Source: an uncultured archaeon (GTDB lineage Archaea > Asgardarchaeota > Jordiarchaeia > Jordiarchaeales > Jordiarchaeaceae). Taken from it: 32,000 nt of DNA. A program made the translations under genes and the position numbers. The number at the start of each line of letters is the position of its first letter. Position 1 is the first letter of the stretch. Below the pieces are notes generated by a model. The model was not told where the DNA came from. It did no database searches and saw only the letters and a list, made by a program, of their open reading frames with translations. The stretch is from the NCBI GenBank assembly GCA_964510585.1, contig CAZECW010000098.1, forward strand, positions 4,094 to 36,093, written 5' to 3'. Below, piece by piece: positions 27,613-32,000 of the stretch.

Positions 27613-28875
27613 TTGGCGGTTGGCATATTTAGATTCAGAGGATTCTACGAAGAATCGGTTTGGGATATCTTCAAGACTTTAGATTTGGAGGACAAGATTT
27701 TCAATTATGATACAATTGTGATTAAACCCAATTTTGGAAGCCTTCACCTTGGCTACCCAGCTCCGATTCAGGAGAGTATAGCAACCGATCCCAAACTGGT
27801 AACCGCCCTTGTCAAAATTTTAAAGAATAACGGCGTGGGAAGAGTGATAGTTGCAGAGAGCGGAATGTATGGAGTTAAAGTAGACAGAGTGTATGAGGCC
27901 TTTGGACTAACAAAGAGTATTCCAGAAATTGGCGGTGAACTATACAATATAGATACGGGAGAATTTGAAAAAGTGGAAATAGGCGGAGTCGAAGTAAATT
28001 TGAGCAAGGTGTTTAGCGACTGCGACTTCATCATTAATGTTCCATCAATGAAAACCCACATCCTATGCACAGTATCCCTCGGAGCGAAAAACATTGCGGT
28101 GGGTTCCATTGATTTTGAGTCAAAGGCCAAAATACATAGAGAGGGAATACACCGCCTAATTGCACTTCTGGCCCAGAAGCTGAATCCCGGACTTACAATA
28201 ATTGATGGAATAGTTAGCCACGAGTTCCTTGGACCAACCTGGGGCCTCCCAAGAAAGACCAACCTGCTAATTGCAGGTGACAACGTCATATCTACAGACA
28301 GTGTGGCCGCAACCATAATGACCATTAATCCCAGGGAGGTTGAGCATCTCAGAATCGCAAGCGAACAAGGATTCGGCGAAGTAGACATAGAAAAAATCGA
28401 GATACGAGGAGAAAAACTGGAAAACGCTATAGTTCCAGATTTCAAACACTGCTGCAGAATAGAAGAAGCAGGAGAGTACTATTCTCGAGCCATGGGAATC
28501 GACGGCAAAATGGAAATATGCGGAACAGATTACTGCTCGGGCTGCCTAAACGCAACAGTAGGCATTGTGTGGGTGGTCACCAACTACACCGAAGGGGAGA
28601 CAGAACCCTTCACACTGGTTATGGGAACAGATGGAGAAGTTCCAAAAAATACCCGTGGAAAAGTATACATTGTGGGAAACTGCCAAGCCAAAAATAAGGA
28701 AAAAGGAGTATTTCTCCCAGGCTGCCCACCAAGTGGACAGGATTTTTACAAGATTTTCTTAGACCAGTGCCTAAGTGAGGAAGCAAGAAGAAAAGCTATA
28801 GAGGGACAAGAAAAAAGGAAAGCCTCCAAAGAGCGAAGGCTGCCCCCCATGAAACACACACTTAAATACTACTAA
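27613..28875 (+). CDS. DUF362 domain Fe-S protein
   Basis: IVIKPN, ATDPKLV, VAES, NVPSMKTH..CTVSLGAKN, IIDGI...GP..G and D.VSTDSVA; C-terminal CSGC...VGNC...GCPP. Confidence 0.85.
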   Translation: MAVGIFRFRGFYEESVWDIFKTLDLEDKIFNYDTIVIKPNFGSLHLGYPAPIQESIATDPKLVTALVKILKNNGVGRVIVAESGMYGVKVDRVYEAFGLTKSIPEIGGELYNIDTGEFEKVEIGGVEVNLSKVFSDCDFIINVPSMKTHILCTVSLGAKNIAVGSIDFESKAKIHREGIHRLIALLAQKLNPGLTIIDGIVSHEFLGPTWGLPRKTNLLIAGDNVISTDSVAATIMTINPREVEHLRIASEQGFGEVDIEKIEIRGEKLENAIVPDFKHCCRIEEAGEYYSRAMGIDGKMEICGTDYCSGCLNATVGIVWVVTNYTEGETEPFTLVMGTDGEVPKNTRGKVYIVGNCQAKNKEKGVFLPGCPPSGQDFYKIFLDQCLSEEARRKAIEGQEKRKASKERRLPPMKHTLKYY

Positions 28876-29110
28876 AAAGAGTGTGTAACACGAAAAGTTT
28901 TCAAAGTTTTGACACTTCCTTGAGCTTTAAGTTGGGGTTATTCTATCTGACGATTTTTTAGGGGGAGTCCACGACTTAATTTATGGTTTAAATTGGATGT
29001 GCTAGCTTAAAAAGTTAAGATAATATTCGATTTTTTCTAATTATCATAGAGAACTTTGGAATTTGTACTAATTTTATTAAGGGTTCTGTAAATATAAATT
29101 CTGCACTAAT

Positions 29111-29240
29111 ATGTAAATTATTATTTAAATATAAAGTAATTATAATGTTATATTTATGTTAAAAATTATATTTTTTAAGTAATTTGAATAAAATATATTT
29201 TTTTATCTTTTTTATAATGATATATTTTAAATAATTTAAA
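29111..29240. other. Extremely AT-rich intergenic tract
   Basis: 8 G/C in 130 nt by manual count. Confidence 0.9.
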
Positions 29241-29333
29241 TATTCTTTTCCCAAAAATATATATATTAAAAACACAATAAAAGAATAAAGCTTCCACCAT
29301 GAAGCTTGAAAAAAGAAGGAGGACAAGAGAGGA

Positions 29334-30722
29334 ATGGCTAAAAAAGCTAAAGAAGTAGTCGAAGCAGCTCCGAAATTCAAGCAGCCATGGCTGGGATTCC
29401 TAATATTCGGAACAGTACTAATGATGGCATACATCGTGTACCAATGGTTCCTCCACCCAGTGTGGGGTCTCGCAACACACATGGTCAAATACAACGCGAT
29501 GGTTATGGCATTAGGGTTGGAGGGCATCCTAGGCGCAGAAGGTTTGAGCCTCGGCCTTCTACTATCACTTAACAATCCAATGTACATTGCCCTTTATCCT
29601 CTGGGTTATATTGTCGACTGGATACCATACTTCATATTCTGCATCGTGTGGGTATTCACTATCGCCTTCCTAACCCTCTGGGTACCAATAGCACCCCTGA
29701 AGAGACAGCCTTGGGCGGGCCTCGGAGTATTAGCCGCCTCAGCGATTCTAGCATTTATAACTTGGTACATATTAGCAATTATTGTGGGAATGAAGGGTTA
29801 CGAAATGATCCTTCTGGGCACTGCAGGCTTCTTAGTATTCCCGATTTGGGTTACGCTCTTTAACTATTGGCCCTTCGCAACACCCAAGAGGATGGGAATG
29901 CATCCACTAATCAAGGGAGCAACCTACGCCACAATATCCTGGATACTCGCCATTGTAATATATCATGTTATAAACAAGATAATCTGGGGAGTATATGGAG
30001 TTCAAAGCGCGTTCACACAGTACGTTATGGGTATACCGTTGATGCCGTTGCTTCCCTTTGAGCCTTATGACTATTGGGTTTCTCTTCTCTTAAGCATCAT
30101 CGTTGGAGCAACAATCATCAGCATCATCAATCCATGGGCAGGAAAAATACCTCAACCTAAGAGAGGTTTACTACTCTTCCTAATCGCAATTGTACTGGGA
30201 GTCGCCATGTGGTTCATCATCACCTTTGCTTTGAATCCCTCATCGCAAACCTTGCTAATTTCGGGAGCCGTACCATGGCTATTCACATTCACATATACCA
30301 GCCATGCGGTGGTTGCGTCTTATGTAGCGTTCCCATTGGTAACACTGTTAGCTGGGCAGCTCGCCTTCCAGATGTGGCCATGGAATAGATGGGGCACTAA
30401 AGGAAACATAGGCCTAGTGATTACTGCTTTCATAGTGGGCACAATAATATACTACCTGTTTATGATTAATCCAGGATGGGCCATCCCACTCATGGGAGGA
30501 AACCTAGTAGTACCAATGAGCGGCCTTGAAGCGCTGTACCTATTCTTCTGGGGAGTTGGTTCCATGATACCAGCATATACGTATCTTTTCATTGTGTTTG
30601 GGCTTTACTTTGAGGGGCTTGCTGAGTTCGTTGGGCACGCTTTACTGTTTGCTTGGCTTTTGACTGTGGTGCTTTTCGGGCTGCTGGCTTACGAGGCCTT
30701 CCATCGCTGGCCGTGGGGATAG
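29334..30722 (+). CDS. Polytopic membrane protein with internal WP/QPxxG repeats, putative transporter
   Basis: 462 aa with roughly 12 hydrophobic segments. GAGAGGA SD. Repeats are FKQPWLG, RQPWAG, WPF...HPLIKG, NPW...QPKRG, WPW and a terminal WPWG. Confidence 0.75.
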   Translation: MAKKAKEVVEAAPKFKQPWLGFLIFGTVLMMAYIVYQWFLHPVWGLATHMVKYNAMVMALGLEGILGAEGLSLGLLLSLNNPMYIALYPLGYIVDWIPYFIFCIVWVFTIAFLTLWVPIAPLKRQPWAGLGVLAASAILAFITWYILAIIVGMKGYEMILLGTAGFLVFPIWVTLFNYWPFATPKRMGMHPLIKGATYATISWILAIVIYHVINKIIWGVYGVQSAFTQYVMGIPLMPLLPFEPYDYWVSLLLSIIVGATIISIINPWAGKIPQPKRGLLLFLIAIVLGVAMWFIITFALNPSSQTLLISGAVPWLFTFTYTSHAVVASYVAFPLVTLLAGQLAFQMWPWNRWGTKGNIGLVITAFIVGTIIYYLFMINPGWAIPLMGGNLVVPMSGLEALYLFFWGVGSMIPAYTYLFIVFGLYFEGLAEFVGHALLFAWLLTVVLFGLLAYEAFHRWPWG

Positions 30723-31081
30723 ACTCACAATACCCCATTTTTTTATTCTTTTTTTCTTTTTTCTGCCTCGTTCCTGACGTATCCCACAATTAGGGATGTG
30801 GATTTTACGTTATACAGGATAGACTCTTTCTTACCGTTGGTTTCTGTATCTTTTTTCGTGTTGGTTGAGCTCTATTTTCTGTTTTTCTTTTTCCGATGTT
30901 TGGATTCTACACGGTTTACCCCACTTTTTGTTGAGATGCGGGAATTTTGCTTGTTTAGTGTAACTTGGGTATTTGTTTTAGGGTTTATGGGAGGGGAACT
31001 GTTTTTAGCCTGTTTATTACTAATAAGTATTAGGTGTATTGTTGTTTTTGGCTTATGAAGGTTTAGGTTGAGGGTTCGTGA

Positions 31082-31825
31082 ATGGTTCAAGCTAAGGGGA
31101 AAAATATTGTCATTGGTATAGATAACAGTTTTAGTATGATTAGGTATGGTGATGTGAGGGTTTCATCGCGTATTTGGGCGCCTGGGGAGGAGAGTGTGTC
31201 GAATATCTTGGAGAAGTATTATGTTCCTCTTTCTTCGGAGGGTGTTAGGCGGTTGAAGGAAATGTTGAGTGTTCCGGATAGGTTGGTTAAGAGGTGTGCT
31301 GGGGCTGTTACTGCTGCTATTTTGACTTTTGATGATATGCTTAGGAAAAAGATCGGTAGTCTTTTTTCGGTTTTCTTTTTTAACGATGATGTTTGGCCGG
31401 ATCGTAAGAATAGGGAATTAGCTATTTTTAAGACTGCTAGGGAGGATGCTCCTGAGGCGATTATTGCTATGCTGGATCGGGGGTTGAATTGTAGGGGTGG
31501 CACCAATCTTAGTGGGGCTGTTGAGAGGGGCGTTGAGCTTGCGGAAATGATGATTGAGGAGAACCATATTGTACCGGTTATTTTTGTTTTGATTTCGGAT
31601 GCCGCGCCCTATGAGAAATCTGGTGATACTCCGGAAAGGTTTCTGAAGACTGTGAAGGATCTTCTGGGAAGGAGGAGGGACATTCATCTTAACTGTCTCA
31701 GCATAGGTAAGGATGCACACCATGACCTATTTAAAGAGGCTGCAGTTATTGCGGGTGGTAAGAGTCTTGCTTTATCTTCGCCGGATCTTGGCCAAATTAC
31801 TAAATGGATGAAAGAACTGTACTAG
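31082..31825 (+). CDS. Stand-alone von Willebrand factor A domain protein
   Basis: MIDAS elements: IVIGIDNSFSM (DxSxS), GGTNLSGAV (T) and VLISDA (D); also LNCLSIG and F.EAA...GG. Confidence 0.85.
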   Translation: MVQAKGKNIVIGIDNSFSMIRYGDVRVSSRIWAPGEESVSNILEKYYVPLSSEGVRRLKEMLSVPDRLVKRCAGAVTAAILTFDDMLRKKIGSLFSVFFFNDDVWPDRKNRELAIFKTAREDAPEAIIAMLDRGLNCRGGTNLSGAVERGVELAEMMIEENHIVPVIFVLISDAAPYEKSGDTPERFLKTVKDLLGRRRDIHLNCLSIGKDAHHDLFKEAAVIAGGKSLALSSPDLGQITKWMKELY

Positions 31826-32000
31826 GGTGCTTCTCCCAAAACTTGGAAAAGCGAGGCTCTCTTTGACACTTGACTATGTTTATTTTAGGGGTTTCCCATT
31901 TAGAGGATAGTGGTCGGAAAAACCCTCCGTGGGGATTTTCGGGCGCCGATTTAGGCGACCCCCATTGACACTTCAATTTAAGGAGGGTAACCGCGCCACC

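Noticed and set aside
27470-29290. Replication origin call (AT tract plus TCCATGGAAA near 27509)
   Set aside because: No convincing repeated ORB boxes and no cdc6/orc1 gene in the window.
29159-29587. 142-aa minus-strand ORF running into the AT tract
   Set aside because: Overlaps the membrane-protein gene antisense; the tail is low-complexity I/K/Y/L produced by A/T richness.
30798-31090. Opposing 86-aa (+) and 72-aa (-) ORFs
   Set aside because: Explained by the T/G-skewed low-complexity spacer (F/V/L-rich versus N/K/T-rich). A tiny membrane peptide cannot be fully excluded.
31863-31973. TTGACACTT pair read as a 9-bp target-site duplication around a 93-bp MITE
   Set aside because: The enclosed sequence lacks terminal inverted repeats, and the stem structure extends beyond the second copy.
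1-32000. CRISPR array, rRNA, transposase or integrase
   Set aside because: No regularly spaced 25-40-nt repeats, rRNA signatures or DDE/HUH/tyrosine-recombinase motifs seen.

Overview
Gene-dense, AT-rich archaeal window, very probably from an Asgard archaeon (inference from a profilin, a longin-fold protein and a RING-like zinc finger, together with archaeal-type DNA ligase, AMP phosphorylase and IorAB). About 26 coding genes fall into three groups. (i) Anaerobic peptide/acyl-CoA catabolism: iorB/iorA-type 2-oxoacid:ferredoxin oxidoreductase, NDP-forming acyl-CoA synthetase alpha, acyl-CoA dehydrogenase, B12-binding mutase subunit, M29-like peptidase, AMP phosphorylase, DUF362 Fe-S protein and the DUF39-CBS/NIL-ferredoxin homocysteine pair. 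(ii) DNA/RNA housekeeping: ATP-dependent ligase and RNase HI. (iii) Scattered eukaryote-like or unexplained proteins: profilin, a longin + winged-helix protein with NPRL2-like architecture, a ~7TM membrane protein, a membrane-anchored RING-like protein, a Vps62/NPP1-motif protein, a coiled-coil + winged-helix protein and a stand-alone vWA protein. I found no rRNA, tRNA, CRISPR array or recognisable transposase. Non-coding oddities are a recurring intergenic TTTGACACTT motif, a ~6% GC tract, a GC-rich multi-stem element cut by the window end, a chain of small ORFs upstream of RNase HI, and kb-scale G+T/A+C strand-skew patches. All family assignments come from motif recognition by eye; no searches were run.
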